The translations under genes were made by a program, and so were the position numbers. From Longimicrobiales bacterium (GTDB taxonomy: Bacteria; Gemmatimonadota; Gemmatimonadetes; Longimicrobiales; Gaopeijiaceae): a stretch of 64,000 nucleotides of DNA. Below the pieces are notes generated by a model. That model saw only the letters and a program-made list of their open reading frames with translations, had not been told where the DNA came from and made no database searches. The DNA is taken from contig CBDDEN010000007.1 of the NCBI GenBank assembly GCA_965226925.1, forward strand, positions 199,998-263,997. Reading direction: 5' to 3'. Positions 9,739 through 19,357 of the stretch are shown in pieces (position 1 is the first letter of the stretch; each line of letters starts with the position of its first letter).

Positions 9739-10022
9739 AGCCCGGCCGAGAACCCGAGGTACTCGTGTTTCGGCCGCGCATAGCAGTACACACACCCGTG
9801 CTCACACCCGCGGTACGGGTTGACGCTCGCGTCGAATCCGACGTCAGGACTCGAGTTCGTCGCAATGACGCTGCGCGACGAATCCAAGAGGAACTCGGTG
9901 CCGGGGTCAGGGTCTTCCGCGAGACTCCACTCGTCTCTCTCCACCGAAAGACGCTCGAAACGGTTGGGGGGGTTGGGCGTGACGCCCCTGCCCCGCAGGG
10001 TCGGCAGTTGTCTCACGGCCAT
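9737..10022 (-). pseudogene. N-terminal fragment (about 95 aa) of a PA0069-type radical SAM protein, truncated at the IS5 remnant
   Basis: The fragment reads [65 protein letters not shown]. It then switches to IS-derived sequence, and the rest of the roughly 350-aa protein is absent. Confidence 0.7.
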
Positions 10023-10090
10023 TTTGTTCGGGTTTTATTCGGTATTATACCCACCTGGCTCACGAGACCGAAAGGGGTCATCTTCCCGCG

Positions 10091-10711
10091 ATGAAGCCGA
10101 CCGCAGCGGAACTGAGGGAGCTGGCGCGTAGAGACCCCGCGTTGGGTCGGGCCATGAGAGGCCTTCCCCCATTTCCGGGCTTTCCGCGGGGGATCCTGAG
10201 GGGGCCGCACTTCCACGCGCTGGCCCGCTCCATTGTCTATCAACAGTTGGCCACCGGGGCAGCCACGACCATCTACGGCCGTGTCCGCGACCTGACGCCC
10301 CGGAAGGGCTTCCCCACGGCGGAGCAGATGTTAGCGTTGTCGGATGCCGAGCTTCGGGGGGCGGGTCTCTCCAGGAACAAGACCCGCGCCATGAAGGACC
10401 TGGCCATGAAGACCGTAGACGGAGACCTCGGGCTGGAGACCATCGGACGCCAACCCGACGAGGGAGTCGTTCGGAGACTCACCGCCGTATGGGGAGTGGG
10501 GGAGTGGACCGCACACATGTTCCTCATCTTCAAGTTGGGGCGTCTCGACGTGATGCCGGCCGGTGACCTCGGGGTTCAAGAGGGCCTCAGGATCTTGGAT
10601 GGGATGACCGACCGTCCCGGACCGGAGCAACTGCTGGAGCGGGCAGAGGTTTGGCGGCCTCTACGAAGCGTCGCCGCGTGGTTCCTCTGGCGCCTGACCG
10701 ACGGCCGATGA
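10091..10711 (+). CDS. DNA-3-methyladenine glycosylase II-like (HhH-GPD, AlkA family)
   Basis: HhH motif AELRGAGLSRNKTRAMKDLA, then WGVGEWTAHMFLIF..GRLDVMPAGDLGV containing the catalytic Asp. Confidence 0.85.
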   Translation: MKPTAAELRELARRDPALGRAMRGLPPFPGFPRGILRGPHFHALARSIVYQQLATGAATTIYGRVRDLTPRKGFPTAEQMLALSDAELRGAGLSRNKTRAMKDLAMKTVDGDLGLETIGRQPDEGVVRRLTAVWGVGEWTAHMFLIFKLGRLDVMPAGDLGVQEGLRILDGMTDRPGPEQLLERAEVWRPLRSVAAWFLWRLTDGR

Positions 10712-11250
10712 CTCGAGGCGGCGGCATGATTCGGCACGGGACCACAATGCGACGCGCGTGGATTCTGGTCTTGATGGGCGCCGGCCTGGGTACTTCCTGG
10801 ACGCCTCGCGGGGCGGCAGGGCAGGATCTGTCGACGATAGGAGGAGCGGCGGCCGGGGCGGGTACGGGTGTGTGGCTCAGCGTGGCCTACATCACGGCCC
10901 AGGCGCGTCGGGGAGACTTCCTGGATTCGGATGAGGAGGCCTTCGGCATGGCCGCGATACCACTCTTTGCGGGACTCACCTCTGGTCTGGCGCTGGGCGT
11001 CTTCGCCGAGGAGCGCATGGGTGAGACCTTGGCGTGGGGAGCCGTCGGCTGGGCGTCCGGGTTGGGGGTCGGAGCGCTCATCGGCGACCAAATCTGGGAC
11101 GACCCACAACGCAGGTGGGCGGGCGCGGTCATCGGAGGAGCCGTCGGGCTGATCGTGGGTGGTGTCGCGGGCTTCGTCTCGTCCGACGGGGACGGCGAGA
11201 AGAGCGGGAGTTCCGATGGTCTCCCCCTGCTCGTGAGGCTCCCGTTCTGA
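10708..11250 (+). CDS. Gly-rich membrane/secreted protein (glycine-zipper-like), function unknown
   Basis: The ATG overlaps the alkA-like stop (ATGA). There is a signal peptide, then GxxxG-rich hydrophobic stretches (GAVIGGAVGLIVGGVAGF). Confidence 0.55.
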   Translation: MTRGGGMIRHGTTMRRAWILVLMGAGLGTSWTPRGAAGQDLSTIGGAAAGAGTGVWLSVAYITAQARRGDFLDSDEEAFGMAAIPLFAGLTSGLALGVFAEERMGETLAWGAVGWASGLGVGALIGDQIWDDPQRRWAGAVIGGAVGLIVGGVAGFVSSDGDGEKSGSSDGLPLLVRLPF

Positions 11251-12491
11251 GTACGTCCATACGACTCGTTCGGCCGCCGGCACCGCGCCAACCCGGCCCC
11301 CGGCGGAGAAGCCCGCGATCCGGCCTGCTGGTCACGATCTCTTTGGCCGCGGGCTGCGCGTACGGTGCGCCCCCGCCGCCGGTTGGAGCACCTATGGCCG
11401 ACCCACGCCCCGACAGCGTCGAGGCGGTGGTCTTCCTCGTGGGTGACGCGGGGGGAGCCGACGGCGTGGGCAACCCCGTGCTCGAGAAGCTCACGTGGGA
11501 GGTGGAACACTGGTCGCAATCCCTGGCCCGCGAATCCGCCGTCACCGTAATCTTCCTGGGGGACAACGTCTATCCCAGCGGATACCACGATGTCTCCGAC
11601 GACGACCACCCGCGGGATTCGGTGCGATTGGGAAACCAGTTGGCGGTTGTGTCCGGCCCGCAGGCGAAGACCTACGGAACGCGGGGGATCTTCATCCCGG
11701 GGAACCATGGGTGGGCCAACACCTCGGGAGCCGTCGCGATGTCTCGCCTCGATAACCTCCAGGCGAGGATAGACCGAGAGCGAGTGCGAGGACCGGAAGT
11801 CCACGTCATGCCCGCCGCAGGGCTGACGGGCCCCGAGTATGTCGACCTCGGAGAACGCATCAGGATCATACTTCTCGATACGCAGTGGTGGCTGGCTGAA
11901 GGTACAAGAGAGCCTCGACTCGTCGAAGCGAACGAGCGTCTCGCGGACCTCCTTGCCGCATCGGTGAGTCGCGACGTCATCGTCGCCGCCCACCATCCCC
12001 TGGTGACGGGCGGGGAACACGGAGGTGCGCTGGGCTTTTGGCAGACGGTGGGCGTGCGCTGGCTCCTGAACCGCACGGGAGCGGTGAGCCAGGATCTTTC
12101 TTCTCAGACATACCGCGACATGATAAGCGGCTTCCGAGAGGCGTTCTCACGGGGGGGCAAGCCCCTGGTCTACGCGTCCGGCCACGACCACAATCTGCAG
12201 GTCATCGCGGGTACCCAACCTGGCGACCCCGCCTTTACGGTCGTGAGTGGTGCAGGAAGCAAGTTGACCACACGTATCAGGGACGTCCCCGGCATGGACC
12301 TCGGCGTGGCAGCTCCCGGGTACATGCGCCTGGTTTTCGGGCGGGACGGTGGCGTGGACCTCTTCGTGATCGCGGGACCACCGGCATTCACCGCATGTCC
12401 CGAGGCCGCAACGCCCGCTCACGAATGCCTGACAACCTGGCCCAAGGCCTTCCGCCCGATCTACTCTAAGCGCCTAAAGCCGGCCCCTTGA
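11247..12491 (+). CDS. Calcineurin-like metallophosphoesterase, probable lipoprotein; start uncertain
   Basis: Motifs GDAGG, GDNVYPSG, GNHGW, AAHHP and GHDHNLQ. A lipobox-like LAAGC is present. There is no ATG/GTG between the upstream stop and the lipobox, so the start given is approximate. Confidence 0.7.
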   Translation: MSTSIRLVRPPAPRQPGPRRRSPRSGLLVTISLAAGCAYGAPPPPVGAPMADPRPDSVEAVVFLVGDAGGADGVGNPVLEKLTWEVEHWSQSLARESAVTVIFLGDNVYPSGYHDVSDDDHPRDSVRLGNQLAVVSGPQAKTYGTRGIFIPGNHGWANTSGAVAMSRLDNLQARIDRERVRGPEVHVMPAAGLTGPEYVDLGERIRIILLDTQWWLAEGTREPRLVEANERLADLLAASVSRDVIVAAHHPLVTGGEHGGALGFWQTVGVRWLLNRTGAVSQDLSSQTYRDMISGFREAFSRGGKPLVYASGHDHNLQVIAGTQPGDPAFTVVSGAGSKLTTRIRDVPGMDLGVAAPGYMRLVFGRDGGVDLFVIAGPPAFTACPEAATPAHECLTTWPKAFRPIYSKRLKPAP

Positions 12492-12579
12492 CACTCGGGG
12501 CCCCGACCGACCGTAGTGTGAGCAGGCCTGCCGACCAATCGGGTTCGCACGGGCCGGTCATCCAACGAGGAGGTCTCCG

Positions 12580-12762
12580 ATGGCCAAGAGCAGCAGAGGG
12601 CGCGCACCCCGGGACAAAAAGCCTTCGCTCAGGCTCCCCGAGTGGCCCTGCACCCCCAAACCGCCGCGCACGCCTCCGCCTCCGCGTCCTACGCCGCCGG
12701 TAGGTGCGACCCCGGGACCCGACTTCAAGAAGGTGATCAAGAAGCTCGGGAAGAAGCGCTGA
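12580..12762 (+). CDS. Small basic proline-rich protein (60 aa), hypothetical
   Basis: The ATG lies 7 nt after GAGGAGG. The sequence is MAKSSRGRAPRDKKPSLRLPEWPCTPKPPRTPPPPRPTPP..KKVIKKLGKKR. I recognise no family. Confidence 0.3.
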   Translation: MAKSSRGRAPRDKKPSLRLPEWPCTPKPPRTPPPPRPTPPVGATPGPDFKKVIKKLGKKR

Positions 12763-12788
12763 TCGACGCCTGTCCGGTCGCTGATGAC

Positions 12789-13286
12789 CTAGCCGCTATC
12801 CCGGGCCGAGCTCTTGAGAATTTCGTCGAAGAGGAAGAGATCCGTGAGAAGCGCCCGGAAGTGGATCGACGCGTTCAGGTTGTCGATGAGTTGCGAGCTG
12901 ATGGCGGACTGAGCCATCACGAGCCGGACTGCGGATCGTGTATCCCCCGCGTCCCGCTCGATCACCTTGCCCGCGTCCCGGTACGCGTCGGCCGGCTCCA
13001 GCCCGTCCACGACGCCACCCATGTCTCGGATGAGAGCGGCGAGGGCCTCGTCGGTCCGCGTCAGGTATTCGCGCAACTCTCCACCCGAAGTGCTGCCACC
13101 ATCGCCGGTCAGGCCTTGAGCCGCATAAGCGAGGAAGAACTCGTAGCTCTCTTCGATGGTGTCGATGTGCCTTCTGAGATCGTCGACCGTCACTTCAGGA
13201 AGACGCTCCTGAATCGAACGTAGCACCGGCGCCGCCCGCGTCGGCTTCGGCCGCTCCGGCCGATACCAACTCGGGCTCGTCCGCAC
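12789..13286 (-). CDS. Hypothetical protein, last gene of the molybdoenzyme/cytochrome b operon; start uncertain
   Basis: 165-aa ORF directly downstream of the cytochrome b gene, overlapping it if the longest start is used. I recognise no motifs. Confidence 0.4.
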   Translation of the reverse strand: MRTSPSWYRPERPKPTRAAPVLRSIQERLPEVTVDDLRRHIDTIEESYEFFLAYAAQGLTGDGGSTSGGELREYLTRTDEALAALIRDMGGVVDGLEPADAYRDAGKVIERDAGDTRSAVRLVMAQSAISSQLIDNLNASIHFRALLTDLFLFDEILKSSARDSG

Positions 13287-14088
13287 CCTCGACGACCCAT
13301 CGCTTCGGATCGTGGTTCCCGAGGTACTCGCTCCTGGGGATCCACCCGTAGATCATCGATTTGGTGATCCACCACTTGTCGGGGCGTATGGCGAAGTAGA
13401 TGTGGGTGATGGTCAGCGTGATCAACCCTACTCCGGACAGTCCGTGCAGCACGTAGACGACGCCCCAGGAACTGTCGGAGAGCATGTAGGGATTGGCGGT
13501 CCAGAATGGCGTCTCCAACCGCAGCATCATGAGCAAGCCGGTGGCGATGGCCACCAGCCCCGTCACGGCGGCACCATGATGGAAGAGGATGTGGTCGATG
13601 GGGTATTTGCCGGCCTTGGGAGCCCCTTCTCCATCCTTTCCCATGATGTTCCTCAGCTCCGCCACTCCGGCCTTGATGTCGGCCTTGTCAATCCACATCA
13701 CCCAGAAATCCTGCCAGAACGTCGCGCGAATGACGTGATACACGATCAGCGCGCTCAGAATCACACCCGCCACCCAGTGGATGGTTACCCAGGCGAACTG
13801 TAGACCCAACACCGGGAAGAACGCCGTGACGAGGAGCACGAGCATCGCCACGGCCATGAGCCAGTGGAAGACCCGCTCCGACCTGGCATGACGAAGAATG
13901 CGGCTGGGGAGGCCTGAACTCGGATCATCGGTCGAAGCAGTTTCGGCCGGCGCCAAGAAACGCGCCCACACCGCATGCAACACCACGAAGCCCGCCCCCG
14001 CGATAATGGCGGCCCACATCAGATCCCAGGACACCCCGATCAAGACTTCCTGATTCCACGGATTGATCGCCCGCCGCCAGAGCTCCAT
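13195..14088 (-). CDS. Membrane b-type cytochrome (FdnI / Ni-Fe-hydrogenase cytochrome b family)
   Basis: The pattern RHARSERVFHWLMAVAMLVLLVTAF, additional His-containing helices (IHWVAG, LFHHGAA, VLHGLSG) and multiple TM helices. Confidence 0.8.
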   Translation of the reverse strand: MELWRRAINPWNQEVLIGVSWDLMWAAIIAGAGFVVLHAVWARFLAPAETASTDDPSSGLPSRILRHARSERVFHWLMAVAMLVLLVTAFFPVLGLQFAWVTIHWVAGVILSALIVYHVIRATFWQDFWVMWIDKADIKAGVAELRNIMGKDGEGAPKAGKYPIDHILFHHGAAVTGLVAIATGLLMMLRLETPFWTANPYMLSDSSWGVVYVLHGLSGVGLITLTITHIYFAIRPDKWWITKSMIYGWIPRSEYLGNHDPKRWVVEGADEPELVSAGAAEADAGGAGATFDSGASS

Positions 14089-14091
14089 TCC

Positions 14092-15093
14092 CTAAGCCTC
14101 CGCTCCGCGCACGGCCCTACGGACCAGGTTGCGCATCATGGGGACCTTGAAGTCGTTGTGCCTGAGCGGCTTGGCCTTCTGGACAGCCAACAGTCCGGCC
14201 TGAGCTCCCAGGGCGTCCGACGGTATTTGTCCCTGAATCAGCGACTCGGCGGAAGTCAGTCGCACCGGGTAAGGGGCGACCCCGTTCACGGCCAGACGCG
14301 CCTCCGCGATGACGTCGCCGTTCATGCGCATGGCCGAGGCCACCGTCATGAGGGCGAAGTCCCAAGCCTTGCGATCCTCGACCTTCTCGTAGTAGAAGCG
14401 GGCCCCGGCCCAACGCGCGGGCAGTCGGATCGAGGTCAGCAGCTCCCCGGGCTTCAGGACCGTCATGCGCTCGATGTCGACACTGGGCCGCATGAAGAAG
14501 TTCTCCGCCTTGACCACGCGCTCTCCGCGAGGGCCTCGGATGACGAACTGGGCATCGAGGGCGATGAGCGCGGAAGCCGTGTCGGAAGGGTTCACGGCGA
14601 CGCAACGACTCGAGCCCAGAATGCAGTGCTCCCGGTTCATCGCCGTGGGAGCGGCCGCGTAACAAGTGTTGCCTCCGGCCCGGTAACAGGGCCAGCCTCC
14701 CCGGTAGTACCAGCAGCGCGTGTCCTGCGACAGGTTGCCGCCCAAGGTACCTCGATTTCGGATCTGCGGTGTGGCCACTCCGGACGCGGCGTCGGTGAGG
14801 ACGTTGTAATTCGATATAAGCTCCGGATTGTTCGCCACTTCCGTGATCGTGGTCAGAGCCCCGATCACCACGCCGTCGCCCGTGGACTGAACTCCGCGGA
14901 GCTCGTTCAGATTGACCAGGTCGACCACCGCCGCCGGTCGCTTGATACGGTCCTTGAACCAGTCGAAGCTGTCCAAGCCGCCCGACAACGCCCATCCATC
15001 CTCACCGTACCGATCCAACAGGTCGATGGCATCCTCGACGCGCGCCGGCTGGAAGAGCTCGAACGCCGGGATCATGTCTCTGATGACCGCCAT
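14092..15093 (-). CDS. FAD-binding subunit of a xanthine dehydrogenase/aldehyde oxidase-family enzyme (CoxM/PaoB-like)
   Basis: The segments FELFQPARVEDAIDLL..ALSGGLDSFDWFKDR, GTLGGNL and CYRAGGNTC are typical of FAD_binding_5 plus the CO dehydrogenase flavoprotein C-terminal domain. Confidence 0.9.
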   Translation of the reverse strand: MAVIRDMIPAFELFQPARVEDAIDLLDRYGEDGWALSGGLDSFDWFKDRIKRPAAVVDLVNLNELRGVQSTGDGVVIGALTTITEVANNPELISNYNVLTDAASGVATPQIRNRGTLGGNLSQDTRCWYYRGGWPCYRAGGNTCYAAAPTAMNREHCILGSSRCVAVNPSDTASALIALDAQFVIRGPRGERVVKAENFFMRPSVDIERMTVLKPGELLTSIRLPARWAGARFYYEKVEDRKAWDFALMTVASAMRMNGDVIAEARLAVNGVAPYPVRLTSAESLIQGQIPSDALGAQAGLLAVQKAKPLRHNDFKVPMMRNLVRRAVRGAEA

Positions 15094-17161
15094 GATTCGT
15101 TTCTCCCTTTAGACGTGGAGGTCGAGGGGGCCGTACGCCGGCGGGCGTCCCTCGATCTCGGCAAGAAGGACGTCCGCCGTCAGTGGCGTACGACACAAGC
15201 ACTGACCGCCCAACGCATCGGCGATAGCCGACGTCAGGGCGGCGGAGCCGGCCCCCACACACGGCTCACCGATTCCCTTGGCACCCACCGGGGTCTGGGG
15301 ATCGGGAATCTCTACGGCCGCCCACTCCATATCGATGGGCACGTCTAGGATCCCGGGTGGGCGGGCCGTATAGAGGCGTTTGGCGAAGGACACTCCCCAG
15401 ACGGGGTCGAAGACCCACTTCTGGCTCATCGCGATACCCATTCCCTGGATGGAGCCACCCAGTATCTGACCACCGAGGCTGCGTGGGTGGAGCACGGTGC
15501 CGCAGTCGGCAACTGCAGTATAGTTCACGATGTCCACCCGGCCGGTCTCGACGTCCAACTCTACCTCCGCGAAGCCGACGACCCAGGATTGGACTCCGCC
15601 CTCGCGTGGGTAGTTGTCCTTCGCGGCGGCCACCAGCCCCTGGCCGGCCAATCCCGCTGCGGCGGCCTTGGTCATGTCGTTGAGGTCGTCGTCGACCTCC
15701 TCACCGCCGTAACGACCGCCCAACTCCATGGCGCGGGTCGCAGCTCGAGCGAAACTCATCCCCGTGGACGGGCTCGAGCGGCGGAAGACGCGGCCGTCGG
15801 CCGTATCGTAATCCCCCGCGGATCCTCCCAGGTCGCGCGCCGCGATCTCCTGCAGGAGGCGCTCCGCTGCCGTCCCCACGGCGTGGTTCGCCCTCGTGTG
15901 GGCGAAGGTGGTTTGGCTCCCGGCCTGAACGGAACTCCAAGGCAGGTTGCGGCTCGTGTCCCCCCAGACGACCTCTACGTCGTCCCAGCCCACGCCCAGA
16001 ACGTCGGCCGCCGCCCTCGCCGTGTCGGCGACGGAGTGCGTTCCCAGATTCCCGATTCCCTGATGGATGTACACCTTACCGTCGGGGCGAATCACGAGCA
16101 GCCCGTCGAAACCCGAGCTGCCTGCGGTATAGGGGCTGACTCCGACCCCGATGCCGGTGACCTTGGAGCCGTTCCGCTGCCCGCTCCTGGCCATCCTCTC
16201 CTCCCAGCCGAACATCTCCGCGCCCTTGTCGATGGCTTCCTTGACGAAGACGCTGGTGAGGGTGCTCCCGCGGGGCCCGAACGCCACGTCGGCACCCGGC
16301 GCGTTGATGCGCCTGAGCTCCAAACGATCGATCCCGAGCTCACGGGCGGCTTTGTCCATAAGCGGCTCGAGCATCCCGATGATCTGGGCGCCGCCGGGGC
16401 CTCGTTGGGCCGCCTTCGGCGGCGTGTTGGTGTAGACCGAGACGCCGCGGTGCCGCTGGTTGAGCGGAGTATACGTCAGCGACGCGGTAGAGCCCGCGGA
16501 CATGTTGTCGCCGGAGCCGCCGTACGGGCCCCCGTCGCCGAGGATGTACATGTCAATGGCCGTGATTCGGCCGTCGACCCGGAACCCGATCTTCACCTGG
16601 GCCTGGAAGCCCGGACGCGCCCGGCCGATGTAGGTCTCCTCGTACCGGTTGATCCGCATCATGACCGGGCGGTTGATCTTCTGGGAGAAGACCGCGGGAA
16701 ATCAGCATGTGCACGCTGCCCGTGATCTTGCTGCCGAAGCCGCCTCCGCAGTAGTCGCCCACCAGCACCACGTCTTCCATATCCATGGAGAGCATGCAGG
16801 CGACGGCCGCCCTCGTCCTCGCGAGACTCTGCGTGGACGTGTGCATGTACAGCTTACCGTTCTGCCAGTACGCCAACGTCGTGCGAGGCTCCAGCGGATG
16901 GTGCGTGAGCGACTGGTGGGTCATCGTCTCGTCAATGATCAAGTCGGCTTCGGCGAAGCCGGCCTCGACGTCCCCGACGCTCCACTCCGCGCCTGCCTCC
17001 CCAAGGGGAAGGGTGCCCTCAGGTACGGCGGCGAAGTCCTCTTCCGTCCACTTGATGGTGACGAGATCCCGTCCGACCCTGGTATTCCCGTCGAGACGGG
17101 CGTTGGGGCCATTCGGCCTCAGGCTGTCCAAGGGATTCAACACGAACGGCAAGGGCTCTAA

Positions 17162-18360
17162 GGAGGGTCTGAACAACCCCCATCTTGGGAGGAACGCGAT
17201 CGGTTGCGGTTCGAAGATCCGGTTCGAAGACCTATCGGAGCGATGAAGTGCTGGCTGGCGCGCCGGAGAAACGGTCCGAACCGTCAGGAAGTCGCTTCGA
17301 TGTGTCCGGCTCCCGCCCTCGGGCGGTCCATGGGCCGCGCGTTATCCGGTCGCGTAGCGGCCAGCGATGAGCAGATTCGAGAACCCGAGCAGCAACGCGA
17401 TGCGCTGCGTGTTCTTCGCCAGTCCCCGGTAGCGCACCTTACCGTACCCGAAGCGCCGCTTCACATACAAGAACGGATGCTCCACCTTCGCCCGCACCGA
17501 TGCCTTGCGCTTCTCGGCCGCCGCCTCGGCGCCGTCCCGATCGAGCAGGCGACGCTTGCCCGGCTTCATCGCCACCTGCCAGGCGACGTCGCAACCCCTG
17601 TTCTCCGGGCGCTTGTCCACACCCTGGTAGCCCGCGTCGCCCCATGCCTCCGTCTCGTCACCATGCAGCAGCACGCACGCCTGCGTCACGTCCGCCGCGT
17701 TGGCGGCCGTCGTCGCCAAGCTGTGCGCCAGACCCGATTCGGCGTCCACCCCGATATGCGCCTTCATCCCGAAGTACCACTGGTTTCCCTTCTTCGTCTG
17801 GTGCATCTCCGGATCCCGTTCTCCCCTGCGGTTCTTCGTCGACGACGGCGCGTCAATGATGCTCGCATCCACGATCGTCCCCGTCTTCAACCGATGCCCG
17901 AGAGACGCCAGATGCGTATTGATCTCCTCGAACAACCCCATCCCCAAGCCCTGCGTCTCCAGCAGGTGACGGAAGTTCAGGATCGTCGTCTCGTCCGGCA
18001 AAGAACCGCTCAGGCGCAGACCCGCAAAGCGGCGCACTGACTCCACCTCGTAGAGCAGATCCTCCATGCCCGGATCGCTCACGTTGTAGAACAGCTGCAC
18101 ACAATGAACCCGCAGCATCACCCCAAGCGGATAGGGGCGGCGGCCACGGCCAGCCTTCGGATAGAACGGCTCGATCCGATCCTCCAGCTGTTGCCAGGGA
18201 ATCAGCCCCTCCATCTTCTCCAGGAAAATCTCCCGGCGCGTCCGCCGCTTCTTCGAATCGTACTCCAGCTCCGCGAAAGTCATCTGAAGCTCCATGGCCC
18301 GCTCACAACTCCCCGGTCGTTTCATACCATGAAACTACACCCGTCTTGTTCAGAGTTTCC
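17162..18360 (-). mobile_element. IS5-family insertion sequence, 1199 bp, flanked by a 4-bp target duplication
   Basis: CTAA is directly repeated at 17158-17161 and 18361-18364 (TTAG on the gene strand, fitting the IS5 YTAR preference). The terminal inverted repeats are GGAGGGTCTGAACAA and GGAAACTCTGAACAA (12/15 identical). There is a single DDE transposase ORF. Confidence 0.9.
17342..18325 (-). CDS. IS5-family DDE transposase
   Basis: 327 aa. The sequence includes ..RRPYPLGVMLRVHCVQLFYN.SD..ED.L.. , IVDASIIDAPSSTKN, KKGNQWYFGMKAHIGVD, GDAGYQG and VRAKVEHPF..VKR.FGY.KVRYRGLAKN. Confidence 0.9.
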   Translation of the reverse strand: MKRPGSCERAMELQMTFAELEYDSKKRRTRREIFLEKMEGLIPWQQLEDRIEPFYPKAGRGRRPYPLGVMLRVHCVQLFYNVSDPGMEDLLYEVESVRRFAGLRLSGSLPDETTILNFRHLLETQGLGMGLFEEINTHLASLGHRLKTGTIVDASIIDAPSSTKNRRGERDPEMHQTKKGNQWYFGMKAHIGVDAESGLAHSLATTAANAADVTQACVLLHGDETEAWGDAGYQGVDKRPENRGCDVAWQVAMKPGKRRLLDRDGAEAAAEKRKASVRAKVEHPFLYVKRRFGYGKVRYRGLAKNTQRIALLLGFSNLLIAGRYATG

Positions 18361-18721
18361 CTAAGTCGACCTTGATCGCTTCGATGGCATTCGCGGCCGT
18401 CGTCTCGTCCACCGCCGCCACCGCGAGGATGGGTTCACCTTCGTAGTGCGGCTCCATGGTCAGACACGCCTCATCGGGTGCGTCTACCGCGGGTACGTCT
18501 TCGGCGGTGAGGATGCCCATGACACCTTCCAGGGCGAGCGCGGAACTGGCGTCGATGCGCCGAACCCGGCAATGGGGCATGGGGCTCAACAGGAGCTTGG
18601 CGAATACCATGCCGTCGACCCTGAAGTCCTCCGCATACTTGGCTCGGCCCGTGATCTTCGCACGAAGATCGGGAGGGGCGATGTCCTGTCCTACCAGTTT
18701 CTCGGCCATGATGCGCTCCTC

Positions 18722-19357
18722 CTAAGCGCGCTGCCGAGAGTACTCGGCAGCCCGCATGGCAGAAGTCAGGATCTTGTTGTAATCGGCGCAGCGGCAGAGG
18801 TTGCCGGAGAGCGCATGAGCCGCTTCTTCTTTGGTCGGGTTCGGGTTCGCCTCTACCATTGCCACCATGCTCATGATGAAGCCCGGAGCGCAGAAGGCGC
18901 ACTGGAAGCCGCCTTCGTCCAGGACGGCCTGCTGGACCGGATGGAGCGTTCCGTCCGCGCTCTCCAGACCTTCGATGGTCGTGATCTCCTTCGCGAGCAC
19001 CGTGTGCGTCAGCACCGAGCAGGAGTAACTCGGCACGCCGTCGATAAGCACCGTGCACGCCCCACATTCGGCTCGATCGCATCCGAGTTTGGTGCCCGTC
19101 AGCCCGAGCTTGTAGCGCAGCGTCATGGCCAACGTCTCCTGCTTCAGCACGTCCACGCGACGTTGCTGGCCGTTCACGTTGAGGGTGACCAGCCGTTCCA
19201 CCGAACCTTGAACCGGCATGGCTCCCAGAAGCGGTGTCGATCCTCTGAACAGATAGCCCACCGACGAGGTCGTCGCCCCCGTGGCGATCACACCCATGAT
19301 GAACGTTCTTCTGGAGACCCTACGCTCCGGAGTTCCGATGATCTCGACCTCGCTCAT
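18722..19357 (-). CDS. [2Fe-2S]-binding small subunit (PaoA/CoxS-like) with a Tat signal
   Basis: Twin-arginine motif SRRTFIMG, then cluster motifs CDRAECGACTV and CAFCAPG..CRCADY. The ATG at 19357 was chosen because of the AAGGGGG upstream. Confidence 0.9.
   Translation of the reverse strand: MSEVEIIGTPERRVSRRTFIMGVIATGATTSSVGYLFRGSTPLLGAMPVQGSVERLVTLNVNGQQRRVDVLKQETLAMTLRYKLGLTGTKLGCDRAECGACTVLIDGVPSYSCSVLTHTVLAKEITTIEGLESADGTLHPVQQAVLDEGGFQCAFCAPGFIMSMVAMVEANPNPTKEEAAHALSGNLCRCADYNKILTSAMRAAEYSRQRA

Larger units (their letters stand above)
15109..18709 (-). pseudogene. Molybdopterin-binding large subunit (CoxL/PaoC-like), split by an IS5 insertion and a 1-nt frameshift
   Basis: The gene is in three pieces: 18350..18709 (N-terminus), 16553..17176, and 15109..16662. 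The IS sits between the first two. Removing the IS and one copy of TTAG gives ..AIKVDLEPLPFVLNPLD.. in frame. The second break is an extra C in the CCC run (plus-strand ggg at 16696-16698): ..GGGFGSKITGSVHMLIS/AVFSQKINRPVMM.. Confidence 0.85.

Noticed and set aside
13975-16725. ORFs 13975..15348 (+) and 15487..16725 (+), at 457 and 412 aa.
   Set aside because: They are antisense to the FAD and Mo subunit genes, which carry unambiguous family motifs.
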